DNA from: an archaeon
GTDB lineage: Archaea > Nanobdellota > Nanobdellia > Woesearchaeales > UBA9642
Direction: 5' to 3'
DNA: 64,000 nucleotides
NCBI GenBank assembly: GCA_043806035.1
Contig: JAZDHK010000023.1
Location: 29,659 to 93,658 of the forward strand
Shown: one piece after another, positions 1-9,363 of the stretch
Numbering within the stretch: position 1 is the first letter of the stretch
Layout of the letters: every line of letters starts with the position of its first letter
Program-made: the position numbers and the translations under genes
The notes under the pieces: generated by a model
The model's database searches: none
The model's input: only the letters and a program-made list of their open reading frames with translations
What the model was told of the DNA's origin: nothing

Positions 1-542
1 GGTTCTGCGCGGACGTTCTCTCCCCGATAGATGATGGTGACGTGCTTTGCCATAGTGAGTAATAGCTCTGCGGCAGTGACTGCTCCATCATTCCCGCCTA
101 CGACGCCGACGATTTTTCCTTTGTAGAATGCTGCATCGCACGTGGCACAGTACGCAATACCCCTTCCCGTGTATTCTTTCTCGCCAGGAATGTTGAGCTT
201 TCTCTTGGCACTGCCTGCAGCAATGATGATGCTCTTCCCCAAGAATTCCTTCCCGCCTTCTGTCTTGACAGAAAAACCATTCTTTTTCTTGCCCACCTTT
301 GTCACGCGATCAAAGACGATGGGCACGTGCCAATGCTCCACCTGCTCCTTGAACTTTTGCATGAGCTCGATGCCGCTGATGCTCGTGAAGCCAGGATAGT
401 TCTCGACGTTGTGCGCTTCTGTCAACGTCCCCCCATCCATGAAGCCGATGACGAGTGTCTTCAAATTATAGCGTGCGCTGTAGAGCGCCGCAGGATAACC
501 TGCACTGCCCGTCCCGATGATGATGACGTCATACGTGTCCAT
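1..542 (-). CDS. trxB: Thioredoxin reductase (runs off the window start; C-terminus missing)
   Basis: Own translation from ATG 542: MDTYDVIIIGTGSAGYPAALYSAR (FAD-binding), VENYPG, redox motif YCATCD, VVGGNDGA. Confidence 0.93.
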   Translation of the reverse strand, partial: MDTYDVIIIGTGSAGYPAALYSARYNLKTLVIGFMDGGTLTEAHNVENYPGFTSISGIELMQKFKEQVEHWHVPIVFDRVTKVGKKKNGFSVKTEGGKEFLGKSIIIAAGSAKRKLNIPGEKEYTGRGIAYCATCDAAFYKGKIVGVVGGNDGAVTAAELLLTMAKHVTIIYRGENVRAE

Positions 543-595
543 GCTTGGAAACAACCGCCGAGCGTATTTAAATGTTATGGAGTGCTGACGTGAGG

Positions 596-718
596 GGCCT
601 TGTTGAAAAAGTCCACCTAGCGCAGTCATTCGAGCAGACGGCTATTGCGATTGCCCTCGAGACGGGCAGTGGTGAACCGTGCTGTACGGAGCGTGGACTA
701 GAGACGTTCAACAAGGCC
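596..718 (+). mobile_element. 123-bp MITE, copy 1
   Basis: Perfect 12-bp TIRs GGCCTTGTTGAA/TTCAACAAGGCC; 9-bp direct repeat GACGTGAGG at 587-595 and 719-727; second copy at 21734-21856. Confidence 0.93.
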
Positions 719-775
719 GACGTGAGGAACAAACTTTTTAAAGCATCGCGGAAGAGCAGCAGGAGAGGTGTTGCT

Positions 776-3700
776 TTGGGATATGATTTCAAGCACATAG
801 AGGAGCAGGTGGGCAAGCACTGGCAACAGCACCAGAAGGAGATAGATGTACTGCTCAAGTACAATCCCGAGAAAAAACTGTATTCCTGGCTGGAAGGACC
901 ACCAACAGCAAACGCCCCTCCTGCGCTGCATCATGTCGAAGTGAGGGTTTTCAAAGATGTCGTCCTCAGGTTCAAGACCATGCAAGGTTATTCCGTGCCG
1001 AGAAAGGGCGGCTGGGACTGCCACGGACTTCCCGTCGAAGTACAAGTGGAAAAAAAACTCAAGCTCAAGAGCAAGAAAGACGTCATCACATACGGCGTCC
1101 CCAAGTTCATTGAAGCATGCAAGAAGGATGTCTTCACGTTCGTCAAGGACTGGAATGACAACACGAAAAAGCTCGGCTTCTGGGTGGACTTGCCTGATGC
1201 ATACATGACGCTTGCCACGCCGTACATGGAGAGCGTGTGGTGGTCGCTCAAAGAGCTCTTCAACAAAAAACTGCTCTATGAAGGATACAAGGTAGTTCCC
1301 TACTGTCCGAGATGTGAGACTCCGTTGAGCAGCCACGAAGTCGCCTTAGGCTACCAGGACATCGAGGAAAAAACAGTCGTTGTCACGTTCTCCTTGAAGG
1401 ACAAGCTGCCCGGCATGCCAAAAGAGAAGGTGCAGTTGCTCGTCTGGACAACAACACCTTGGACCCTGCCAGCGAATGCAAGCATCGCCGTGCACAAAGA
1501 CATCCCTTACGCACTCATCAGCAGTCACGGTACGTATTATGTACTGGCGGAAGAGCTCGTCAGCAAATACTTCAAGCATGCAGAAACGATACAAGTATTT
1601 CCTGGAGCTGATCTTGTCGGCAAACACTATGAGCCGCTCTTCCCCTACTTCACGCTCAAGAAAGGATTCTTCATCATGGACGCGGACTACGTCACCGTCA
1701 GCGAAGGCACAGGCCTTGTCCATCAAGCGTCGGCGTACGGCGAAGTGGACTATGATGCAAACCAGAAAGCAGGTGTCGGCTTCATCCATCCCGTGCTGAA
1801 GGACGGCACGTTCAGCGACGAAATAACTGACTTCAAAGGCATCTTCGTCAAGGACGCAGACCCGCTCATCATTGCAAAACTCGACAAGGACGGCAAGCTC
1901 TTCAAAATCCTCGAGTATGTGCACAGCTATCCTTTCTGCTGGCGCTGCAAAAGCCCCTTGCTCTATTATGCCATGGACACGTGGTTTGTGAAAGTCAGCG
2001 AGTTCAGGCAGCAGCTCCTCGCAAAAAACCAGGAAATCCATTGGTATCCTGATTCTGTCAAGGATGGCAGGTTCGGGAATTGGCTCGAGGGGGCAAAGGA
2101 TTGGGCATTGTCCAGGAACAAATTCTGGGGGACACCATTGCCCATCTGGATATGCAATGTCTGCAAGCACCAAGAAGCGATAGGCAGCATCAAAGAGCTC
2201 GAGGAAAAGACAGGAGCAAAACACATTACTGATCTGCACATCATGTCTGTCGATACCTTGACCATGCCTTGCCCCGCATGCGAAAAGAAAGGAAAGCACA
2301 CGACGATGCGACGAACTCCCGAAGTCATCGACTGCTGGTATGATTCCGGCTCCGCAGCATTCGCACAATTCCACTATCCTTTCGAGAACAAGGAACTCTT
2401 CGAGAAACGATTCCCCTATGACTTCATCGTCGAAGCAATAGACCAGACGAGAGGATGGTTCTACACGTTGCACGTCCTTGGCGTGCTACTCTTCGACCAG
2501 CCTGCCTATAGGAACGTTGCGGTCGGTGGCCTGCTCTGCGACGACAACGGCGAGAAAATGTCAAAATCGAAAGGGAACATCGTTTCCCCTGAGGAAACGT
2601 TCACCCAGTACGGCGTCGATGCCGTGCGCTTGGCCATGTGCTCCTATCCTTTGGGTAATCAGATACGCTATGGGCCGAGCGTCTTCAAAGATACGCTTAT
2701 GCCCTACTTCAACACGCTCTGGAACTGTTTCATCTTCGTGCAGAACTACTTCAAGAACAACGGGCTGGATGGAAAAATGCAGAGTGACTTGCAGCAGGAG
2801 GATCTGTGGATACTCAGCAAGACAAACACACTTATCTCCACGGTGACGGAAGACCTGGAAAAGCACGAATACAGCCATGCAATCGTAACCATCATGTCCT
2901 TCGTCATTGATGACTTCTCTCGAGGATACATTAAGATGATCAGGGAGCGCACGGCAACAGCGAATAGTGCGGCTGCATTCTCATTGCGATACGTGCTTGA
3001 ACGCGTCATCCTCATAACCGCACCATTCACGCCATACCTTGCAGAATGGCTCTATCAAGACTTCATGAAAGAAGGAGGCATGCCCTGGAGCGTCCACGTC
3101 CTTTCCTGGCCGAGCAAAGAAGACGACCGTATACTGCCAGATATGGAAAGGCACATGCGGCATGTCCAAGTGCTCATAACGGGAATATTAGGAGCGAGAG
3201 AGAAAGCACAGCTCGGCGTGCGCTGGCCCATCAGCAAAGCGATCATCGACCTGCATGACAATGACGTGCCCATCAAGGACGCATACGCGGCATTCACAGA
3301 TATGGTGCACCAGCAGACGAACGTCAAGGAAATACTTTTTGAGAAGTTCACCGAGCTCGACTATGACTTCAAGCCGAACTATGATGCGCTTGGCAGAGCG
3401 CTAGGGGAGCACACGGCAGACGTCCTTACTGCACTTCCCGCTCAGAAGGGACGCATCCTGAGCGAGCTCAGGCAAGGTAAGGAAGAATTCCTCATTGCAG
3501 GCCAACTCATCAAGAAAGAACACTTGCTCATAACAAAGATTCCCCCAACGCACCTCGTCTACGCTGACTTCACGGAATGCAGTACACTCTACCTTGAAAC
3601 GACCACGAATGATGCACTGCTTGCCGAAGGGTATGCGCGTGAACTAACCCGCAGGATTCAGGAGGCGAGAAAGGAACTCGGCCTCAAAAAAACAGACACG

Positions 3701-3871
3701 CTCGCCAGCGTTGCTATCATTGGAGAAGATCTGGGTCTTGCTCCTTTCTTCGAGGAAATCAAGAAAAAAGTTGGTGCAAAGCAAATTTCTGCAACGCCTT
3801 TGCCGCACAAGGACTTTGCAAAAGTGTTCACGATCAAGCAGAAGACCTTCACCATCAACGTCCAGAAATAA
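776..3871 (+). CDS. ileS: Isoleucyl-tRNA synthetase (type 2-like), HIGH motif replaced by ALHH
   Basis: EGPPTANAPPALHH, GWDCHGLP, WTTTPWTL, KMSKS. Start set at TTG 776 after SD-like GGAGAGGTG; the ORF extension to 572 reads through the MITE. Confidence 0.97.
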   Translation: MGYDFKHIEEQVGKHWQQHQKEIDVLLKYNPEKKLYSWLEGPPTANAPPALHHVEVRVFKDVVLRFKTMQGYSVPRKGGWDCHGLPVEVQVEKKLKLKSKKDVITYGVPKFIEACKKDVFTFVKDWNDNTKKLGFWVDLPDAYMTLATPYMESVWWSLKELFNKKLLYEGYKVVPYCPRCETPLSSHEVALGYQDIEEKTVVVTFSLKDKLPGMPKEKVQLLVWTTTPWTLPANASIAVHKDIPYALISSHGTYYVLAEELVSKYFKHAETIQVFPGADLVGKHYEPLFPYFTLKKGFFIMDADYVTVSEGTGLVHQASAYGEVDYDANQKAGVGFIHPVLKDGTFSDEITDFKGIFVKDADPLIIAKLDKDGKLFKILEYVHSYPFCWRCKSPLLYYAMDTWFVKVSEFRQQLLAKNQEIHWYPDSVKDGRFGNWLEGAKDWALSRNKFWGTPLPIWICNVCKHQEAIGSIKELEEKTGAKHITDLHIMSVDTLTMPCPACEKKGKHTTMRRTPEVIDCWYDSGSAAFAQFHYPFENKELFEKRFPYDFIVEAIDQTRGWFYTLHVLGVLLFDQPAYRNVAVGGLLCDDNGEKMSKSKGNIVSPEETFTQYGVDAVRLAMCSYPLGNQIRYGPSVFKDTLMPYFNTLWNCFIFVQNYFKNNGLDGKMQSDLQQEDLWILSKTNTLISTVTEDLEKHEYSHAIVTIMSFVIDDFSRGYIKMIRERTATANSAAAFSLRYVLERVILITAPFTPYLAEWLYQDFMKEGGMPWSVHVLSWPSKEDDRILPDMERHMRHVQVLITGILGAREKAQLGVRWPISKAIIDLHDNDVPIKDAYAAFTDMVHQQTNVKEILFEKFTELDYDFKPNYDALGRALGEHTADVLTALPAQKGRILSELRQGKEEFLIAGQLIKKEHLLITKIPPTHLVYADFTECSTLYLETTTNDALLAEGYARELTRRIQEARKELGLKKTDTLASVAIIGEDLGLAPFFEEIKKKVGAKQISATPLPHKDFAKVFTIKQKTFTINVQK

Positions 3872-3923
3872 TGCAGGATTTCCTGCACTACTTTTATATA
3901 GTACCTTGCCCTCATGCAGGAGT

Positions 3924-4493
3924 ATGACGTATTTTGTCATCGATGTAGAAACCATCCCTCTGGACATGCAATTGCATGCATCGCTGTCGGAGGAGGACAG
4001 GAAAAAGCTGCTCAACCCTATTGATTCTCGCATCATCGCCATAGGACTAAGGACGAAAGGGAAGAACATCATCTTCCAAGGGGAGGATGAACAAGCCCTG
4101 CTTTTCGACTTCTGGAAACTGTGGAAAGAGCTCAAGCCGAACATGCTCGTCAGGGTAGTTGGCTTCAACCTCGTTGATTTTGACATTCCGTTCCTCGTGG
4201 CGAGAAGCTTCATTAATGACGTTGCCATAGTGCCGTTTTCTGTCAAGGAATTGCTCGACCTTCGCGACAAGATAAACGCATACAGGTATGGGCACAGCAG
4301 GGGAAAGCTCAAGGAGTATGCAGTATTGCTCGGCCTGCCGGTCATGGACGTTGATGGCAGCGACGTTGCGCGATTGTGGCAGGATGGCCAGCACGAGCTC
4401 ATCAGGGCGTATTTGGAGAGAGACTTAGAAATTACGGATGCACTCTACCTCAGAGCTGTCCGCCTCGGCATTGCAGACATCTCAAGATTCTAA
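3924..4493 (+). CDS. RNase H-like/DnaQ-PolB-type 3'-5' exonuclease domain protein
   Basis: VIDVET (ExoI), GFNLVDFDIPFL (ExoII), YLERDLEIT (ExoIII). Confidence 0.8.
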   Translation: MTYFVIDVETIPLDMQLHASLSEEDRKKLLNPIDSRIIAIGLRTKGKNIIFQGEDEQALLFDFWKLWKELKPNMLVRVVGFNLVDFDIPFLVARSFINDVAIVPFSVKELLDLRDKINAYRYGHSRGKLKEYAVLLGLPVMDVDGSDVARLWQDGQHELIRAYLERDLEITDALYLRAVRLGIADISRF

Positions 4494-4535
4494 AACTATA
4501 TAAACCACGTCTTCCTGTAAGCGAGGGGTGATACC

Positions 4536-4730
4536 ATGTGTTGTGAGAAATGTTCGAAAATGGGAGGGTTGCTGTTCTTTCTGTTCGGCATCATCTTCCT
4601 GCTGCAAAACCTGAACGTCTGGAATTTTTGGGGAATCCAGTGGTACACGGTGCTGTTCGTGCTCATGGGCTTGGGCATGATATGCATGGCGAGCTGCAAG
4701 GAATGCCAGACGCCAAAGAAAAAGAAGTAA
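4536..4730 (+). CDS. Small two-TM membrane protein with Cys-rich termini
   Basis: Two hydrophobic segments, CxxC at both ends, SD GGGGTGA. Confidence 0.7.
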   Translation: MCCEKCSKMGGLLFFLFGIIFLLQNLNVWNFWGIQWYTVLFVLMGLGMICMASCKECQTPKKKK

Positions 4731-4762
4731 TTTTTTAAACTCTTTTTTTTAGTATAGTCAGC

Positions 4763-5218
4763 GTGGGTACGATATCTAAGGAACAGCCGCTTGCCGAGTT
4801 GACGCTACGCAAGTACGAAAAACCAGGCAACCTTACTGATAGGGAGCTTGTGAAGAAACTCTGCCTTTCCCTCGGGTTATTGCAGGCGGGAGACTCTCGC
4901 GATGTCATCGTCGATGTGTTCATGGTCCTGCTTTCGAGAAAGCAGCTTTCCTCTGAGTCAATCGAACAAAAGGTGGTTGAGCAGCGCACATCTCTCAAGC
5001 TGCCTCTTATCGGTATTGCGGGCTCGAATATCAGACGACAGCTCTTGCGCTTGCGGGAGGCGTTCCTTGTCGAGAAGGTCGCGAACGAATACAGAATTGC
5101 AGAGAACGCCAAACTTGCTGATCTGTTCACGGAGAAGATAGAGCGATACGTACTGCCGTCGATACTCGGCAGAATAAGAGAATATTTAACGGAAGCTGAT
5201 GAGAGGTTCAAAGGATGA
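4763..5218 (+). CDS. Winged-HTH protein, putative regulator
   Basis: SNIRRQLLRLREAFLVEK wHTH-like segment; shares SLGL...D...F..LL with 59920..60318. Confidence 0.65.
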   Translation: MGTISKEQPLAELTLRKYEKPGNLTDRELVKKLCLSLGLLQAGDSRDVIVDVFMVLLSRKQLSSESIEQKVVEQRTSLKLPLIGIAGSNIRRQLLRLREAFLVEKVANEYRIAENAKLADLFTEKIERYVLPSILGRIREYLTEADERFKG

Positions 5219-5730
5219 AATGGTCTGTACTACTAATGCTGCTTTTGTTCACCGCTATTTCTTGCAAACAGCTAAACAAAACGCAGTTATTGGATACAAC
5301 TGCTAAACTTACAGAAGATATTGAACGTTGTAACTCACTTTATGATTCATCTCTGAGTTGGGATGGATCAGAAGCAGATAAGTGCAAACTGGTAGTTAAG
5401 TTGGCATTTGTTACAAAAAAAGACGATCCTGCCTATTGTGAAAACACATCTGATATAGATAATTATTATCAACAAAGATTCTTCAAGAATGAATGTTATC
5501 TTCACTTTGCTATAGCTCAGCGTAATGAAAGTTGGTGTGACAAGATGGTCCTTGCTTACTGGAAAAACGAAACAGTTCGATGTAAGATAACTATTGCCAA
5601 CTTCACCAAAAACTACACCTATTGCGATACATTAGCAGGATTGTATGAAACTGCTCCGGGTGGGGGTTCCCATGCGGGTCCATCATTCTCATTAAAAGAC
5701 ACCTGCTATGAAATTCTCACTAATTCTTAA
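5215..5730 (+). CDS. Cys-rich secreted/lipoprotein, hypothetical
   Basis: Signal peptide ending TAISC; repeated Cys-containing helical units; AT-richer than neighbours. Confidence 0.7.
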   Translation: MKWSVLLMLLLFTAISCKQLNKTQLLDTTAKLTEDIERCNSLYDSSLSWDGSEADKCKLVVKLAFVTKKDDPAYCENTSDIDNYYQQRFFKNECYLHFAIAQRNESWCDKMVLAYWKNETVRCKITIANFTKNYTYCDTLAGLYETAPGGGSHAGPSFSLKDTCYEILTNS

Positions 5731-5777
5731 TGGTTGCAAGTCATGGCCATTTGATGTGAGATTAGCATAAAACTACT

Positions 5778-6302
5778 TTATTTTTCAAGAGATCTCTTGA
5801 GTCTTTTAAACGCCTTCGCCCGGTGACTGAAGGTGTTCTTCTCAACAAGTGTCATCTCCCCGAACGTCTTGCGCGATCCTGCCGGGAGGAAGAGTGGGTC
5901 CCAGTGCCAGCCGTTCTTGCCTCGTGGTTTGACGACTTTTCCGTGAACGCTGTCCTCAAAGAAAGTGAGCGTGTTCTTGTGCCAGTATCCAATGATGGCT
6001 CTGTATGTTATGCGGCTGCCCTTGCATAATTCGTAGATTTTCTGCGTGCCGAGACGGGTAATCATCCATTTTGCCAACGCCCCAGGAAAGCCGTTGAGCG
6101 CTTCCAGCTCGACTGATGCATCCTCGACGATAATGGTGCCTTTGATGTGCTTTCTTGCCTCTGCAATCTTGTGCGTGATGACTTCCCTGCTGTCAACGCT
6201 TTGAATCTCCGGCAGGTCTATGCTTTTCTGCACGAGATGAGGGATGAGCGCTTTCGCTTCTCTGAATTTCTCTTTCTTCGAGGTGATGAAGGTTATTGCC
6301 AT
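5778..6302 (-). CDS. Non-canonical purine NTP pyrophosphatase (Ham1/RdgB family)
   Basis: IVEDASV, LNGFPG, WDPLF, KNTFSHRAKA. Confidence 0.92.
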   Translation of the reverse strand: MAITFITSKKEKFREAKALIPHLVQKSIDLPEIQSVDSREVITHKIAEARKHIKGTIIVEDASVELEALNGFPGALAKWMITRLGTQKIYELCKGSRITYRAIIGYWHKNTLTFFEDSVHGKVVKPRGKNGWHWDPLFLPAGSRKTFGEMTLVEKNTFSHRAKAFKRLKRSLEK

Positions 6303-6373
6303 GCTGTTCCCAAGTTGAGGTCATTTATATGTGTAATGGCAATCCATAAAAAGCAAGGCAGCACTCTTCACGC

Positions 6374-6928
6374 ATGGATCCCGTCTATGACCCGCAGGAG
6401 GACTCCCAGCTAATCAAGTGCTTCATCCCCCTGCTACTTGAAGACACGCCTGGTGCTCTAGTTCTCGATATGGGCACGGGCTCAGGAATTCTCGCCGAGC
6501 ACGCCACGTACTCTGCAGGAAAGATTATCGCTGTCGACATAAACCCTGCAGCAATCGATGCAGTCAGAGACCTCGTCGCTGAAAAACAACTTAAGCAGAT
6601 CGATGCGCGAGTGAGCGATTTCTTCTCGAACGTTCCCGAACAATTTAATCTTATCATCTGCAATCCACCCTACCTGCCAGCAGACCCGTACCTTCCAGAT
6701 CCCGCGCTCGATGGTGGGCGAGAAGGGCATGAATTCATCGTGCGGTTCTTGCACGAGGCGAAACAGCACCTTTTGCCGAAAGGTAAGATATTGCTGCTCT
6801 TCAGCAGCCTCAGCAATAAAGAAAAAATCCTCGCGGCCTGCGACCAGATGCAGTATGCCTATACGGAGCTTGCTGCCGAACCGTACTTCATGGAAACGCT
6901 GTATGTTTACGTCTTGTGGAGGGCATGA
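6374..6928 (+). CDS. HemK2/N6AMT1-type methyltransferase
   Basis: VYDPQEDS, LDMGTGSG, NPPY, DGGREG. Confidence 0.9.
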   Translation: MDPVYDPQEDSQLIKCFIPLLLEDTPGALVLDMGTGSGILAEHATYSAGKIIAVDINPAAIDAVRDLVAEKQLKQIDARVSDFFSNVPEQFNLIICNPPYLPADPYLPDPALDGGREGHEFIVRFLHEAKQHLLPKGKILLLFSSLSNKEKILAACDQMQYAYTELAAEPYFMETLYVYVLWRA

Positions 6929-7509
6929 TGGAATTCTTGGCAAAAGGAAAGCGAGGTGTCGTGCATCGTCTCGTGTGGAAAGGAAAGCAGGCAGTAATCA
7001 AGACGAAACGGGAAAGTTCTGCAGTTGATACATTAGTGCATGAGGCGAACATGCTACAATTAGTGAATACACGCAGTATAGGCCCGCGCTATTTTGCGTT
7101 CGAGAACGGCTTGATCATGGAATATGTCGACGGGCAACGCCTTGACGACTATGTCAGAACGCATCCTGCTCGCACTATATGCACGACACTCAGGACAATC
7201 CTCAGACAGTGCAGGACGCTCGATAAGCTGCGTCTGAACAAGTTTGAACTGCACCATCCGCACAAGCACGTCATCATTACAAAGAAGGGCCCAGTCATGA
7301 TTGATTTTGAGCGATGCCGATTCTCAGAGCATCCGAAGAACGTGACGCAGTTCGTGCAATTCCTCACTTCGACCGCATTCGGCGGATTGCTGCGCAGCAG
7401 AGGCGTACATGTTTCTCCTGATGTGCGCGAGCAGGCGAAGCAGTACAAGAACACATATGCTGAGGCGCCATGCAAACGCATGCTCGATGGTATTCATACA
7501 CGAGCTTAG
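6925..7509 (+). CDS. Atypical Ser/Thr protein kinase (RIO/Bud32-like fold)
   Basis: LAKGKRGVV, VIK, IMEYVDG, MIDFE; ATGA overlap with the methyltransferase gene. Confidence 0.8.
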   Translation: MMEFLAKGKRGVVHRLVWKGKQAVIKTKRESSAVDTLVHEANMLQLVNTRSIGPRYFAFENGLIMEYVDGQRLDDYVRTHPARTICTTLRTILRQCRTLDKLRLNKFELHHPHKHVIITKKGPVMIDFERCRFSEHPKNVTQFVQFLTSTAFGGLLRSRGVHVSPDVREQAKQYKNTYAEAPCKRMLDGIHTRA

Positions 7510-8420
7510 GTGTCTGGTGCGAAGGGCAGGATGTACTGCTGCTTGAGCAGCTTGATCATGAACGTGCACTCAATGACTTCCCGCATGAGCTTGGCAGAGA
7601 GAATGAGCAGTGTCCTGATCTCCCCTTCCATCTTTGCCTGCCGCAGCTTGACGAGCTTCTCGCGTATCTCATAGACGTTCTTGATCTCGGCTTTTCCCAT
7701 GAAGAACAAATACACTTCCTTCAAGAATGCGTTCGTATCCACGAGCATGGCCAGCTCTTCCTTGGACATTTTCTTCTTGAGCGCATACCTCGTCATGCGG
7801 ACGTACGCGTCCCCAATAGCATCGAGCGTGGAGAGCAAGTAGAAATAGCTGTTCGTCTCCTCTAAGCCTCCATGGCCTGACTGGTTCAGGAAGTAGATAC
7901 AGAGATTAGTGTGCCTTCGTAGCGTATAGCGTTGCTCGATGAGTTCCTCGAGGCCTTTGCGATCGTTTGCTTTTGCCAGTCGTGCGAGCTCCTGGCTTTT
8001 GAACAGGAGGATGTGGAATGCCTTGTTGAAAATGCTCTCGAAATCGTGGCTTTCCGCTTCGGCAATGTTCTCGATGACGATCTTGTCGTTTGTCTTTTCG
8101 AGCACGATGAGTCCGAGGCACATGTCCATGCTGCCCTCGACGAGGGGAATTTGCGCTTTCGTGCATTTCAGCGTGAGTCTTCTGAATCCTATCTTGTAGG
8201 CTGAGGCGAGCAGTCGTTTTCTGAGAAATCGGTCGGGGAAGTTCTTGATGTCCAGCGTGAGATTCTTGTCTGTTCTCTCTTGAGGGCGGATGAGCAGGTC
8301 CTTCTCTTTTCTGATGATGTCGACGCTGTCCCCCTTCTTGAGCTTGAGATGCTCCAGCCAGTCGGAGGGAAGGCTCACGACGAGTGTCTTGTTTGCCAGC
8401 CTGATGAGTTTGCGTTCCAT
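7506..8420 (-). CDS. AbrB-domain/PhoU-like regulator
   Basis: RKLIRLANKTLVVSLPSDW AbrB-type N-terminus followed by PhoU-like helical repeats. Confidence 0.85.
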   Translation of the reverse strand: MERKLIRLANKTLVVSLPSDWLEHLKLKKGDSVDIIRKEKDLLIRPQERTDKNLTLDIKNFPDRFLRKRLLASAYKIGFRRLTLKCTKAQIPLVEGSMDMCLGLIVLEKTNDKIVIENIAEAESHDFESIFNKAFHILLFKSQELARLAKANDRKGLEELIEQRYTLRRHTNLCIYFLNQSGHGGLEETNSYFYLLSTLDAIGDAYVRMTRYALKKKMSKEELAMLVDTNAFLKEVYLFFMGKAEIKNVYEIREKLVKLRQAKMEGEIRTLLILSAKLMREVIECTFMIKLLKQQYILPFAPDT

Positions 8421-8536
8421 GGGCAAGGGAAACATTTTCTCTTTTAAAAATATTACTGTTTTATATATTGTTATATACTCGTATAAGATTACGGTGCGAC
8501 GAAACCATTATTAACTCTGTTGCTCTTTTTCAGTTT

Positions 8537-8848
8537 ATGCCGACAAAATTTCAGAAAAGAGTCTATGCCCTCTGCAAAAAGATTCCTCGAGGAAAAGTCT
8601 CGACTTACGGTGCTCTTGCGAAGAAACTGAGAAGCAGCCCAAGGGCTGTAGGCCAGGCACTGGCGTGCAACCCGTATGCACCCGTCGTCCCCTGCCACAG
8701 AGTCGTGAAGAGCGATGGTTCTATTGGGGGATTCAATCATCACACAACAGGAAGAGATATTCAACGGAAGATTGCGCTGCTGAAAAAAGAGGGAGTTGGC
8801 ATCAGTGCATACAGCGTTCTTCAGTTTGACAGGAAGTGTCAGAGATGA
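8537..8848 (+). CDS. ogt: Methylated-DNA--protein-cysteine methyltransferase (MGMT/Ogt, C-terminal domain only)
   Basis: IPRGKVSTYG, RAVGQAL, active site PCHRVV. Confidence 0.9.
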   Translation: MPTKFQKRVYALCKKIPRGKVSTYGALAKKLRSSPRAVGQALACNPYAPVVPCHRVVKSDGSIGGFNHHTTGRDIQRKIALLKKEGVGISAYSVLQFDRKCQR

Positions 8849-9363
8849 AAACTGAAGTGACACTGGAACGATTGGAAGAATTCACTACAGCTCTTGAACG
8901 AGGCAATGTGCCCTATGTGGTTATCGCAGGATTTGGTCTCGATGGAAAAAGAGGGCTGCAAACCAGACCACATCAGGATCTTGATGTACTTTGCTTAAAG
9001 AAAGACAAGGACAAAGTGGATACGATACTTTCTTCTCTCAGATATGCAGGTCCACTCATGAATGATACCTATAAACTGAAACGTTCAGACGGGAGCAAAA
9101 TAGATCTCACCTTTCTTACTGAAGAAGGAGACGACCTTATTTCCTACGGGAAGACACACATAACTCGTTTTCCAAGACAGATGTTTTCTCCACAGAAAGC
9201 ACATATTGGAACGGTATCGTTCAGTATCGCACCAAATGAACTGCTCTATGTGTGGGGAAGAGACTGTCCGAAAGGGGATGATGCGAACTATGCAAAAACG
9301 TTACCCATTGATGAACAAATCGTGAGTCGTATCAGTAGACAAAAGCAAGATCATCCTTTATAG
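8845..9363 (+). CDS. Lincosamide/aminoglycoside nucleotidyltransferase-like protein
   Basis: AGFGLDG..G.QTRPHQDLD resembles the Lnu(A)/ANT(2'') signature GGW.VD...G.QTR.H.D.D. Confidence 0.75.
   Translation: MKTEVTLERLEEFTTALERGNVPYVVIAGFGLDGKRGLQTRPHQDLDVLCLKKDKDKVDTILSSLRYAGPLMNDTYKLKRSDGSKIDLTFLTEEGDDLISYGKTHITRFPRQMFSPQKAHIGTVSFSIAPNELLYVWGRDCPKGDDANYAKTLPIDEQIVSRISRQKQDHPL

Noticed and set aside
572-775. 68-aa N-terminal extension of IleRS
   Set aside because: It is read-through of the MITE; the SD-like motif and IleRS-like sequence begin at TTG 776.
1346-2473. Long antisense ORFs (also 18255..19085, 44483..45265, 46600..47436, 62406..63023)
   Set aside because: They shadow well-supported genes on the other strand and carry no recognisable motifs.
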